Shown here: one piece after another, positions 18,998 through 27,972 of the stretch
Numbering within the stretch: position 1 is the first letter of the stretch
Layout: the number at the start of each line of letters is the position of its first letter
Assembly (NCBI GenBank): GCA_963662335.2
Contig: CAXXVD010000005.1
Coordinates: 192,001 to 256,000, forward strand
Direction: 5' to 3'
Length of the DNA: 64,000 bases
Source: Chloroflexota bacterium
GTDB lineage: Bacteria; Chloroflexota; UBA11872; VXOZ01
The notes under the pieces: generated by a model
The model's database searches: none
Told to the model about the DNA's origin: nothing
Seen by the model: the letters and a program-made list of their open reading frames with translations, nothing else
Translations under genes and position numbers: made by a program

Positions 18998-19537
18998 ATG
19001 ACCCCTCGCGCGCTGCGCATTACGATTGGCGCTTTGGTTGTCGTCGTTGGACTCCTTGCCATTGGGGCCGTTTCCTGGGTGAGCCTCGCTTCCGACGGTC
19101 CCAAGCAGCCGATCGAGTTCATGCACACGGTGCACGTGGAAGAGAACGACATCGACTGCGTCTTCTGTCACCGCAACGTGGAGACCGGCGCGGAGGCAAC
19201 CATTCCGGCGGTCGAACAGTGCATGATGTGTCACCGCGTGATCAACGGTGAGAATCCCAAGGTGACGAACCCGCTGCACATTGCCGAACTCGCCAAATTG
19301 CAAGCACACTGGGAAAACAGAGAACCGATCGACTGGGTGCGCGTGCACGTGATGCCGGACCACGTGCGTTTCGTACACGCCGCCCACATCAAGGCGGGAT
19401 TTGATTGCGCCACGTGCCACGGTGACGTGGGCTCCATGGAACGGGTCAAGCAGGTGCGCTCGCTCAACATGGGCGACTGCGTGGCCTGCCACCGGGAAAA
19501 CAACGCGCCCACCGACTGCACGATCTGTCACCGCTAG
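18998..19537 (+). CDS. actA: Pentaheme cytochrome c, ACIII ActA/QrcA-like
   Basis: N-terminal TM, QPIEFMHTVH and five CxxCH motifs (CVFCH, CMMCH, CATCH, CVACH, CTICH). GAGGAG SD. Confidence 0.88.
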   Translation: MTPRALRITIGALVVVVGLLAIGAVSWVSLASDGPKQPIEFMHTVHVEENDIDCVFCHRNVETGAEATIPAVEQCMMCHRVINGENPKVTNPLHIAELAKLQAHWENREPIDWVRVHVMPDHVRFVHAAHIKAGFDCATCHGDVGSMERVKQVRSLNMGDCVACHRENNAPTDCTICHR

Positions 19538-19546
19538 AGGAGAGTC

Positions 19547-21808
19547 ATGCGACGACGCGATGTCCTGAAATTGGCCGGCGCCTCGGGCTTGGGTATCGGC
19601 AGCGGCGTGGCGTTCGTGGGCTGCGGCGCGCCGGAACGCGAGTACCACATTCAGAGTCCGGTGGACATACCGGAAGACACGATTACGGGTCTGGATACCT
19701 GGTACGCCAGCATCTGCCAGGATTCCGGCGACGGCTGCGGTGTGATCGTACGGGTCAAGAGCGGCCGCGCGCGCAAGATCGAGGGCAATCCGGACTACCC
19801 CTTGAACCGCGGCAAGTCCTCCGCCCGCGCGCAGGCGGCCCTGCAAACCCTCTACAATCCGGATAGAATTCCCAATCCCATGGTCCCCAGACAGCGGCGC
19901 GGCTCCGGCCGCTACCGCTTCATGCGCTGGGACGACGTGCTGCCCGAATTTCAGGAAGAGCTCAGCGCTGCTCAAGACGGCGGTATTGTCATGATTACGG
20001 AGCCCGTAAACGGGCACCTGGGCATGATCCTCGAGCGGTTCACCCAAAACATCGGCGCGCGGTGGCTCACGTATGAGCCGCTGGAGCAAGCCGCCGTGCG
20101 GCAGGCCAGCGCGCAAGTGTTTGGGACCACCCGTGTGCCGCAGTTCGACGTCGCGCACACCGACTACGTGCTCTCCATTGGCGGCGCCTTCCTGGAAGGC
20201 GGCGATTCTCCCGTGCACTACGGCCGCGCCTACGGCCACTTCAGGCAGGGTGAGGGCCGCTCCCGGGGCACGTTCGCGCACTTCGACACGCACTTGACCA
20301 TGACGGCGGCCAACGCCGATGAATGGCATCCGGTGAACCCCGGCACGGAGGGCATCCTGGCGCTCAGCATCGCCCACGCCGTCCTCGACGGCGGGACCGT
20401 GCCCCCCGCTCTCCGGCCGCTGACCGGCGGCGAGGGTACGTTCGCGGCCTACGCGGCCGAGAACGTCGCGGACATAACCGGCGTGCCGGCCGACGTTATC
20501 GAGAGTGTGGCCCACGATTTTGCCGCGGCGCCGACCGCGGTCGCCATGGGCGGCGGCAGCGCCGCCGGCCATACCAACGGCCTCTTCAATATGACCGCCG
20601 TCTTCGCCCTCAACCTGCTGAAAGAGAACGTGGGCCGGCAAGGCGGCGTGCTCTTGAACGCGCCGTCGCCGCTGCCGGACATTCCCGCCGACACTCCGGT
20701 GACCTCGTTCCAAGAGTGGGAGGCCTTTCTCAGTGAGATAGACCGGGGCCAGGTACCGCAGGTTCTCTTGATACATGGCGCCAATCCCGTATTCGGCCTA
20801 CCGGGGGTTTTGAACGCGGCCAACATACTGGGAGAGATTCCCTATATCGTCAGTTTCTCCAACGTGCTGGACGAGACCACGGCCTTGGCGGACCTCATAT
20901 TGCCGGACCACCATTACCTGGAGAGTTGGGGCAGCAGCGTGCCGCCTGTAGGCGCGGAATACTCCACCCTGGGCATCCAGCAGCCCGTTGTCCGCCCGTA
21001 CCACCAAGAATTCGAGGGCGCGGCCGGTACGCGCGCCTTTGCCGACGTGCTGCTTGGCCTCGCGCAAACTATAGGCGGGTCGCTTGCCGAAGCGCTGCCG
21101 TGGGAGTCGATGCGTGACGCCATCCGCGCCAGCGTCGATGAGTTGCAGGCCCGCGGCGACGGCTCGGTGACCAGCGACGACCCGGAAGCATTCTGGATTT
21201 CCGTCTTGCAGCGCGGCGGCTGGTGGATTCCGGCCGAGAGTGTACCCGCAAACGAGCCGGACTTGACCGGTGTGGCGCTGGCGGAACCGGACTTCAGCAG
21301 TGCCGCCCAGGACTATCCGTATCACCTGATCGTGACACCGTCCGTCTTGCTGGGTGACGGCAGCGGCAGCCTGGCCGCGTCGCCGTGGCTGCAATCAACC
21401 GCCGACCCCATGACCACCGGTGTCTGGAGTACGTGGATTGCCCTGAACCCCAAGACGATGGAAACGCTGGGCATCGCGGAGAACGACATCGTGCGCATCA
21501 CGTCCGTTGCCGGCTCGCTGTTGGCGCCCGCGTACCCGTATCCCGGCATTGGCGAAGGCGTGGTCAGCGTGCCGCTCGGCCAGGGTCACAGCCAACTCGG
21601 GCGCTACGCCGAGAATCGCGGGGAGAACGCGCTGCGAATCCTGGCGCCGGTAGTTCAGGAGCAGACCGGGGCCCTAGCCTGGTCGGCGACGCGCGTGCGC
21701 ATCGCCCGCACGGGACGGCGTACCCGTTTGCCGCGCATCGAGGGTATCACCGCGCCGGTGCAAATGCCCGACGAGCAGACGTTCCAAATCACGAACGAGA
21801 CCCATTAG
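19547..21808 (+). CDS. actB1: Molybdopterin-oxidoreductase-fold subunit, ActB1/QrcB-like (Tat lipoprotein)
   Basis: MRRRDVLK Tat motif with FVGC lipobox, KIEGNPDYPLNRG, DETTALADLILPDHHYLESWG and a C-terminal molydop-binding-like domain. Confidence 0.85.
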   Translation: MRRRDVLKLAGASGLGIGSGVAFVGCGAPEREYHIQSPVDIPEDTITGLDTWYASICQDSGDGCGVIVRVKSGRARKIEGNPDYPLNRGKSSARAQAALQTLYNPDRIPNPMVPRQRRGSGRYRFMRWDDVLPEFQEELSAAQDGGIVMITEPVNGHLGMILERFTQNIGARWLTYEPLEQAAVRQASAQVFGTTRVPQFDVAHTDYVLSIGGAFLEGGDSPVHYGRAYGHFRQGEGRSRGTFAHFDTHLTMTAANADEWHPVNPGTEGILALSIAHAVLDGGTVPPALRPLTGGEGTFAAYAAENVADITGVPADVIESVAHDFAAAPTAVAMGGGSAAGHTNGLFNMTAVFALNLLKENVGRQGGVLLNAPSPLPDIPADTPVTSFQEWEAFLSEIDRGQVPQVLLIHGANPVFGLPGVLNAANILGEIPYIVSFSNVLDETTALADLILPDHHYLESWGSSVPPVGAEYSTLGIQQPVVRPYHQEFEGAAGTRAFADVLLGLAQTIGGSLAEALPWESMRDAIRASVDELQARGDGSVTSDDPEAFWISVLQRGGWWIPAESVPANEPDLTGVALAEPDFSSAAQDYPYHLIVTPSVLLGDGSGSLAASPWLQSTADPMTTGVWSTWIALNPKTMETLGIAENDIVRITSVAGSLLAPAYPYPGIGEGVVSVPLGQGHSQLGRYAENRGENALRILAPVVQEQTGALAWSATRVRIARTGRRTRLPRIEGITAPVQMPDEQTFQITNETH

Positions 21809-21844
21809 CAACGGGGAGAGACGGCGCGAAATGCGGAGCATATC

Positions 21845-22651
21845 ATGAGACAGGCCGTAGAAGGAACAGAACAAGACACCGATAAGCCGGTGGCGAGCAT
21901 TGGCCGCCGCTGGGGCATGGTGGTAGACCTGGACCGCTGCACCGGCTGCCAGGCCTGCGTCGTTGCCTGCCACGCGGAGAACAACATCGCGCTCAATCTG
22001 GAAGACGTGGTGCTCCAGCAGCGGGCGATGAACTGGATTCGCATCGAGCGCTACTGGGAAGGCGAATACCCCAACGTCAAGGCGCGCTTCCTGCCCATGT
22101 TCTGCCAGCACTGCAACAACGCGCCCTGCGAACCGGTCTGCCCCGTGTACGCTACCTACCACAACCAGGAAGGCCTGAACGTCCAGGTCTACAACCGCTG
22201 CATCGGCACGCGCTACTGCGCCAACAACTGCCCCTACCACGCGCGCTTCTTCAACTTCTGGGAACGCGACCTGGAGGACTCCCACGCCGAGTACCTGAAC
22301 CCCAACGTCACCGTGCGCACCAAGGGCATCATGGAGAAGTGCACGTTCTGCGTGCAGCGCATTCGCAAGAGCGAGTGGGAGCGGCGGCAGGCCGACGAAG
22401 AGTTGCAGGACGGCGACGTGCAGCCCGCCTGCGTGCAGGCCTGCCCGACCGACACCCTCGTCTTCGGCAATCTGGAAGATGAAGATTCGCGGGTCGCCAA
22501 ATTGGCGCAGAACAAGCGCCACTACCGCGTAATGGAAAACCTTGGCACCGATACCAACGTGATCTACTTGAAGAAGGTTGATCCGCATGCAAGCGAGACA
22601 GCACCAGCACACGCTGGATCCGCTGCCGACACCAGCAGAAATAGCGCGTGA
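21845..22651 (+). CDS. actB2: 4Fe-4S dicluster subunit, ActB2/QrcC-like
   Basis: CTGCQACVVAC, CQHCNNAPCEPVCP, CIGTRYCANNCP and CTFC...PACVQACP. The third motif has the ActB-typical 3Fe-4S pattern. Confidence 0.92.
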   Translation: MRQAVEGTEQDTDKPVASIGRRWGMVVDLDRCTGCQACVVACHAENNIALNLEDVVLQQRAMNWIRIERYWEGEYPNVKARFLPMFCQHCNNAPCEPVCPVYATYHNQEGLNVQVYNRCIGTRYCANNCPYHARFFNFWERDLEDSHAEYLNPNVTVRTKGIMEKCTFCVQRIRKSEWERRQADEELQDGDVQPACVQACPTDTLVFGNLEDEDSRVAKLAQNKRHYRVMENLGTDTNVIYLKKVDPHASETAPAHAGSAADTSRNSA

Positions 22652-23960
22652 CACGTTCAGCCGGGCGCTAGGCAGCAGCGGGGCCTACCGGCTCACGCTG
22701 CTCGTCCTGTTCGTGCTGTTTCTCGGCGGCGTCGCCGGCTTTGCCATACGGCTGGGCGCCGGCCTGGAAGACCGCGGGCCGTGGGGCTACTACGCCGCCG
22801 TTTTCGGCTTCCTCTTCACCGTCGGCCAGGCGGCGCCCATGGTCTCGTTCGTGCCGCGCCTGGCGCGCGCCCGCTGGCACGGGCCGCTGACCCGCGCCTC
22901 GCAGGTGGTGGCCGTCGCCGGACTGCTGAACGTGCTGCTCTTCATACCGCTGCTCTGGCTGGTGCCCTCCAGCGCCGTACGTACCACGGTCTGGTTCGAT
23001 TGGCCGTGGGGCGCGCCGCACTTCTACGACACGATCTTCGTGCTCATGCTCGTGGTCAACGGCTTCGCCTTCCTCTGGGTGCAGGCCATACCGGACCTCG
23101 CCGCCCTGCGCGTGCAAAGCGGCGGCACGCACCGTTTGGCCCGGCTGCTCTCCGGTTCGTTTATCGGCACGCCCAAGCAGTGGAAAGTGCAGCGCATCGG
23201 CTTGGCCGTCTTGGGCGGCTGCTACGTGATGAACTTCATCTTCGTGCAGTCCCTCATCAGTCTCGATTATGTAATGACGCTCGTGCCGGGGTGGAAGAGT
23301 TCGATGTTCCCGGCCTTCTATAGCATCAACGGCTTGCTCGCAGCGACGGCCATGACCATCGTCGTCATGGCGGTGATTCGCCGCTTCTATGGGCTCCAGC
23401 GGTACATCACCGTGGATCAATTCTGGAACGTGGCCAAGATCATGCTCGCGCTCAATCTGGCGTGGGCCTACCACTGGTGGGCGGACTTCCTCACCACGTG
23501 GTACGGGCGCGTGCCCCGTGAGACGGTGGTCATCATCGGCACGCGCAGCTTTGGCGAAAACGTGTGGCTCTTCGTCGCCGCCTTCTTCTGTTGCTTCGTG
23601 CTGCCGCTGCTCATCTTGATGTGGAATCCCTGGCGCAAGAGCGTGGCCGGCCCGACGGTGGTGGCGGTGCTTTCCCTGATTGGCATCTTCATCCAACGCA
23701 TCATCGACTACGTGCCCGCCTACCTCAATACGCAAGACCCCCTGGACCATGAGTTGCACGAAGCAATCGCGATACCCTGGCCCGGTCTGCCGGACGTGCT
23801 CATCATCGTCGGCGGCATCGCGGGGGCCGTCTTCCTCGTAACGTGGGCGGTCAAAGCCTTAGGGCCGCTCTCGAACTGGGAGATGCAAGAGGGCGTCATC
23901 CTGCGCCGCAATGAGAAGTTCCTGAACGCTGAGGTGCCGTATGTCATCAAGCCGCAGTAG
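22587..23960 (+). CDS. actF: NrfD/PsrC-fold membrane subunit, ActF-like
   Basis: About 10 TM helices and SLDYVMTLVPGWKSSMFP, paralogous to the downstream NrfD but lacking its HTGRPWR motif. ATG 22587 follows AAGAAGG. Confidence 0.7.
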   Translation: MQARQHQHTLDPLPTPAEIARDTFSRALGSSGAYRLTLLVLFVLFLGGVAGFAIRLGAGLEDRGPWGYYAAVFGFLFTVGQAAPMVSFVPRLARARWHGPLTRASQVVAVAGLLNVLLFIPLLWLVPSSAVRTTVWFDWPWGAPHFYDTIFVLMLVVNGFAFLWVQAIPDLAALRVQSGGTHRLARLLSGSFIGTPKQWKVQRIGLAVLGGCYVMNFIFVQSLISLDYVMTLVPGWKSSMFPAFYSINGLLAATAMTIVVMAVIRRFYGLQRYITVDQFWNVAKIMLALNLAWAYHWWADFLTTWYGRVPRETVVIIGTRSFGENVWLFVAAFFCCFVLPLLILMWNPWRKSVAGPTVVAVLSLIGIFIQRIIDYVPAYLNTQDPLDHELHEAIAIPWPGLPDVLIIVGGIAGAVFLVTWAVKALGPLSNWEMQEGVILRRNEKFLNAEVPYVIKPQ

Positions 23961-24019
23961 GACACCGCACGCGCTGCGCCAGCCGTTTGCAGTGCGGCAT
24001 ATCAAGGAGACAAGACCCC

Positions 24020-25387
24020 ATGCATGAGCGCCCCCGGCTCACGCCAATCCAGATAAACCGAGACCTGCTCCGGTCGTGCCTGGAGACGCCGCTGGTCTTC
24101 TACGTGCTGCTGCTGCTCTTGATGGGCCTGGTGGGGCTGGGCGTGGTTGCGGCCACGTTGCTGGTGACCTACGGCCTGGGCGTCACCGGCCTCAACCACC
24201 CGGTCTTCTGGGGATTCTTCATCATCAACTTCGTCTTCTGGGTCGGCATCAGCCACGCCGGCACCATGATCTCGGCCATCCTGCGCCTATCGGCGGCGGA
24301 ATGGCGGCGGCCCGTGGTGCGAGCGGCAGAGGTTATGACCGTCTTCTCCCTCATGACCGCCGCGCTCTTCGTGGTGCTCCACACCGGCCGCCCGTGGCGC
24401 ACGCTCTACTGGGCGTTCCCCTACGACTTCGTGCGCGGCATCTGGCCCGACGTGCGTTCGCCGCTGGTGTGGGACCCCAGCGCCATCTTTACGTACCTTA
24501 CCGGCAGTATCCTCTTCGTCTACGCCGCCTTGATCCCCGACCTGGCGTTGGCGCGCGATAAGACGACCGGTTGGCGGCGGCTGGTCTACGGCGTGCTCTG
24601 CCTGGGCTGGCGCGGCAACGCGCGCCAGTGGAAACTGCTCAACGCGACGGGTCTGCTGCTCTCGGCGCTCATCCTGCCGGTGTTCGTCTCCGTCCATAGT
24701 ATTGTGTCGTGGGACTTCGGCATGTCGCTGGTGCCCGGTTGGCACGTGCACATCTTCGCGCCGTATTTCGTGGTCGGCGCGGTGCTTTCGGGCGTTGCGG
24801 CCGTGATCGCCCTGATGGCGGTGATGCGCTCCCTCTTCCGCCTCCACGACTACATTCGCCCGGAACACTTCGACATGATCGGGCGGCTGCTCATCGTCGT
24901 CGCCTTGGCTTGGGCGTACTTCTACTTCATCGACGTCATCTTCGCGCTCTTGAGCAAGGAAGAGGCGGAGTATGAGGTGATGAAACTGCGGCTCTCGCCG
25001 CCGTACCTCTACCTGTTCCTCTTGATGATCGTCTGCAACGTCTTCCTGCCGGTGCCGATTTGGATGTTCAGGCGCTTCCGCCGCAACATCGGCATCATGG
25101 TCTGGACGGCCATCGTGGTCAACATCGGCATGTGGCTGGAGCGTTTCTTGATCATCATTCCCACCTTGCAGCGGCGGCATCCCGACGCCTTCGCCTGGGG
25201 CGACTACTCCGCCAGTCTCGTCGAGATCTCGCTGGTAATCTTCTCGTTCGCCAACGTCGGACTACTGCTGTTACTCTTCTCCAAGGTATTCCCCGTCATC
25301 CCGATTTGGGAAGAGAAAGAGGGGCACATCTGGAAACGTGAATTCCGCATTGGCAAACTGCGTTTGCCCGCAATAGTGAGAGAATAG
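24020..25387 (+). CDS. actC: NrfD/PsrC-family quinol-interacting subunit ActC
   Basis: WGFFIINFVFWVGISHAGTMISAIL, RAAEVMT, HTGRPWR, RSPLVWD, SVHSIVSWDF, GMWLERF. Confidence 0.92.
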   Translation: MHERPRLTPIQINRDLLRSCLETPLVFYVLLLLLMGLVGLGVVAATLLVTYGLGVTGLNHPVFWGFFIINFVFWVGISHAGTMISAILRLSAAEWRRPVVRAAEVMTVFSLMTAALFVVLHTGRPWRTLYWAFPYDFVRGIWPDVRSPLVWDPSAIFTYLTGSILFVYAALIPDLALARDKTTGWRRLVYGVLCLGWRGNARQWKLLNATGLLLSALILPVFVSVHSIVSWDFGMSLVPGWHVHIFAPYFVVGAVLSGVAAVIALMAVMRSLFRLHDYIRPEHFDMIGRLLIVVALAWAYFYFIDVIFALLSKEEAEYEVMKLRLSPPYLYLFLLMIVCNVFLPVPIWMFRRFRRNIGIMVWTAIVVNIGMWLERFLIIIPTLQRRHPDAFAWGDYSASLVEISLVIFSFANVGLLLLLFSKVFPVIPIWEEKEGHIWKREFRIGKLRLPAIVRE

Positions 25388-25397
25388 GGAGGCAACC

Positions 25398-25910
25398 ATG
25401 CCCAGCGTAATGGGACTATTCCAATCGGCGGACACCGCGGCCGCGGCCGCGGACCGCTTGCAGGCATCTGGGTTTGGCCCGGCGGACTATGAGGTCTTGA
25501 CCGGCGCGCCCTACCCGGAAGGCGCCTTTGGCGAAGATTCGGGAGACCATCGTCTCTTCATCTTCCCCCTGGGCGGCGCGATGATCGGCTTTGCCGTCGG
25601 CCTGATGGTGACGGCCGGCACGCAACTCTCCTATCCGCTCGTTACGGCGGGCAAGCCCATCCTGGGCATACCGCCCATGTTCATCATCATGTATGAAGGC
25701 ACGATGCTGGGGGCGCTCATCTTTACCATCATGGGCGTGATCTTCGAGTCGCGCTTGCCTAACCTCACCAACGACCTCTACGACGCGCGCATTACCGAGG
25801 GTTATGTGGGGCTGGTGGTGCGCTGCGAGGACGACGCGCAAGCCGAGACGGCCCAGACAACTCTTACCGAAGCGGGCGCTGAAGAGGTAAAGCGCCAAGA
25901 AAAGAGCTAA
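25398..25910 (+). CDS. actD: DUF3341 protein, ActD
   Basis: GLFQSADTA...PYP, two TM helices, YPLVTAGKP...PPMFIIMYEGTML and LYDARITEG. Confidence 0.85.
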   Translation: MPSVMGLFQSADTAAAAADRLQASGFGPADYEVLTGAPYPEGAFGEDSGDHRLFIFPLGGAMIGFAVGLMVTAGTQLSYPLVTAGKPILGIPPMFIIMYEGTMLGALIFTIMGVIFESRLPNLTNDLYDARITEGYVGLVVRCEDDAQAETAQTTLTEAGAEEVKRQEKS

Positions 25911-25915
25911 CCGGA

Positions 25916-26491
25916 ATGCCAGACCGGCTCCATCTACATGGCCTGTTCCGCGCGGTGCGGGAAAACTCCCGCGCGCGCTGGCTGGCGTTGAGCGTTGTCT
26001 CCAGCGTGCTGCTGGCCGGGCTGCTCTCGTCCTGCTACGGCTACCTCTGGGACGTCTTTCCGGAGATGCACTACCAGCAGTCCTACCGGCTGCAGGAGCC
26101 GCCGCGGCGGCTGCCGCCCACGGAGTCCGTGCCGGTGACCGGCAGAGCGCGGGAGTACAGCTTTGCGGAAGCCGAGGAAGTAGCGAACCCGCTCGCCAGC
26201 ACGCCGGCAGGCATCAAGGCCGGCTCTCAGTTGTTCCAGACGAACTGCAAACACTGCCACGGCGGGGAAGGCCGGGGCGACGGCCCGGCCGGTCTCTACT
26301 TCGAACCGACGCCGCAACCGATGCAGGGCGAGCGCGTTACCGAGCGCTCAGACGGCGCAATCTACTGGATTCTCACCAACGGCACCGGCAACATGCCCTC
26401 GTTTGGCAACCTGCTGACCGCCGAAGAAAAGTGGCAACTCATACTCTACATTCGCTCGCTACAGGCAGCGGAACAGCAGTCAAGCGGCTAA
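25916..26491 (+). CDS. actE: Monoheme cytochrome c lipoprotein, ActE
   Basis: LLSSC lipobox, EMHYQQSY...RLPPTESVP, CKHCH and GNMPSF. Confidence 0.85.
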   Translation: MPDRLHLHGLFRAVRENSRARWLALSVVSSVLLAGLLSSCYGYLWDVFPEMHYQQSYRLQEPPRRLPPTESVPVTGRAREYSFAEAEEVANPLASTPAGIKAGSQLFQTNCKHCHGGEGRGDGPAGLYFEPTPQPMQGERVTERSDGAIYWILTNGTGNMPSFGNLLTAEEKWQLILYIRSLQAAEQQSSG

Positions 26492-26510
26492 CGACCGGAG
26501 ATAGCGACTC

Positions 26511-26798
26511 ATGGACCATCCCCTTGCGCTTCCGATTTGGGACGAACTGAACACCGGCTTCATCTTCTTCTGGCTGGCGCTCTTGATGATGGTGGCCATG
26601 GCCGTCTCCTTCCTGTTGGCGCACGCCATCATCCCGTCTCTGGTGGGCACGCGCGACCTGCCGCCGGGCTTTGCCAAACTGCGGCCGGTCTTCTACGCGG
26701 CCGCCATATTGGCGCTGCTGCTCGCGCTCTTCCTCTACTACACCACGTGGGAGACGGTCTCCGTGTACCTGGAGGTCTTCCCGCGCAAGTGGATCTAG
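26511..26798 (+). CDS. Small two-TM membrane protein at the end of the ACIII operon
   Basis: 95 aa with two hydrophobic helices and a GGAG SD; 19 nt after actE. Confidence 0.65.
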   Translation: MDHPLALPIWDELNTGFIFFWLALLMMVAMAVSFLLAHAIIPSLVGTRDLPPGFAKLRPVFYAAAILALLLALFLYYTTWETVSVYLEVFPRKWI

Positions 26799-26935
26799 CG
26801 TCCGGCGGTTCTGGTAATGGCCCTTCTGGGCAGGCGCAACTTGGGTCGCACGGCAAAGCAGGACGATTGAAAGTGAGGACGCCAATGGCGTCCTCACTTG
26901 TGACTCCGGGGCCATGCACAGCCGGCGCACTTCTG

Positions 26936-26981
26936 TTGACGGAATCTACATGACAGTGCTAATATGTAGACCAACTCGGTC
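26936..26981 (+). promoter_or_regulatory. Promoter with overlapping palindromic operator upstream of the sulfurtransferase
   Basis: TTGACG-N18-TAATAT (TG-extended). Inverted repeats TCTACAT-N12-ATGTAGA (26945-26970) and GACC-N5-GGTC (26969-26981). Confidence 0.55.
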
Positions 26982-27018
26982 AACTTTATCAACTTACGCG
27001 CGGCAAGGAGTTTGCACT

Positions 27019-27858
27019 ATGGCAAAATACGAGAATTCCGAGGTGCTCGTCTCAACCGATTGGGTAGCCCGGCACGGCGGCGACGCGAACGTGCGGCTGG
27101 TAGAAGTAGACGTCGACACCACGGCCTACGAGACCGGCCACGTCGCCGGCGCGGTGGACTGGGGCTGGCAGTCCGACCTCAATGACCCGGTGCGGCGCGA
27201 CCTAATCGGCAAGGAAGACCTGGAGCGATTGCTCGGCCAGTGCGGGATCACGCCGGACACCACGGTGGTGCTCTATGGCGACAACAACAACTGGTTCGCG
27301 GCGTTCGCCCACTGGATTCTCAAGATCTACGGCCACAAGGACGCCCGCCTGATGAACGGCGGCCGCGTGAAGTGGCTGGAAGAGGGCCGCCCGCTAACCG
27401 ACGACATTCCCCATATTGCGGCAACTACGTACGCGGCCCAAGACCCGGACGCGGCGCTGCGGGTCTTTCAGAGCGGCGTGCAGGAACGCCTGGACAACCC
27501 GAACGTCGGCCTGGTGGACGTGCGCTCGCCGCAGGAGTTCACCGGTGAAATCCTGGCGCCGCCGGGCCTGCCGGAGACCGCCCAGCGCGGCGGCCACATT
27601 CCCGGCGCGGCCAACATTCCCTGGGCGTCGGCCGTCGCCGAGGACGGCACCTTCAAGTCCGTGGACGAATTGCGTGAACTCTACGGCGGCAAGGGCATCG
27701 TGCCCGACAAAGAGATCGTCACGTACTGCCGCATCGGCGAGCGCTCTTCCCACACGTGGTTCGTCCTCAAGTATCTGCTCGGCTACCCGGACGTGCGCAA
27801 CTACGACGGCTCGTGGACCGAATGGGGCAGCATGATCGGCGTGCCCATTGAGAAATAG
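27019..27858 (+). CDS. sseA: Thiosulfate sulfurtransferase (two-domain rhodanese, SseA/CysA type)
   Basis: LVSTDWV, GHVAGAV, VDVRSPQEFTGE, GHIPGA, active site YCRIGERSS and NYDGSWTEWG. AAGGAG SD. Confidence 0.93.
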   Translation: MAKYENSEVLVSTDWVARHGGDANVRLVEVDVDTTAYETGHVAGAVDWGWQSDLNDPVRRDLIGKEDLERLLGQCGITPDTTVVLYGDNNNWFAAFAHWILKIYGHKDARLMNGGRVKWLEEGRPLTDDIPHIAATTYAAQDPDAALRVFQSGVQERLDNPNVGLVDVRSPQEFTGEILAPPGLPETAQRGGHIPGAANIPWASAVAEDGTFKSVDELRELYGGKGIVPDKEIVTYCRIGERSSHTWFVLKYLLGYPDVRNYDGSWTEWGSMIGVPIEK

Positions 27859-27884
27859 GCCGCCCGGCTGAGAGCCATAGCAAT

Positions 27885-27936
27885 CTATCAAAAGGCGTGG
27901 GGACACGACATGTCGAGCCCCCACGCCTTTTGATAG
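27885..27936. terminator. Long inverted repeat, probable bidirectional terminator derived from a REP
   Basis: Perfect 18-bp arms CTATCAAAAGGCGTGGGG / CCCCACGCCTTTTGATAG between convergent genes. The core resembles the palindrome at 31066. Confidence 0.7.
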
Positions 27937-27972
27937 TGCGCCAATGCGCCGCTCACCCGCTTCCACCGCGCA

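Noticed and set aside
18857-20776. 639-aa minus-strand ORF
   Set aside because: Antisense to actA/actB1; a high-GC codon artefact with no motifs.
19547-21808. Catalytic polysulfide/thiosulfate reductase PsrA
   Set aside because: The FS0 Cys motif is degenerate, and the ActA/D/E context indicates an ACIII/Qrc-type subunit.
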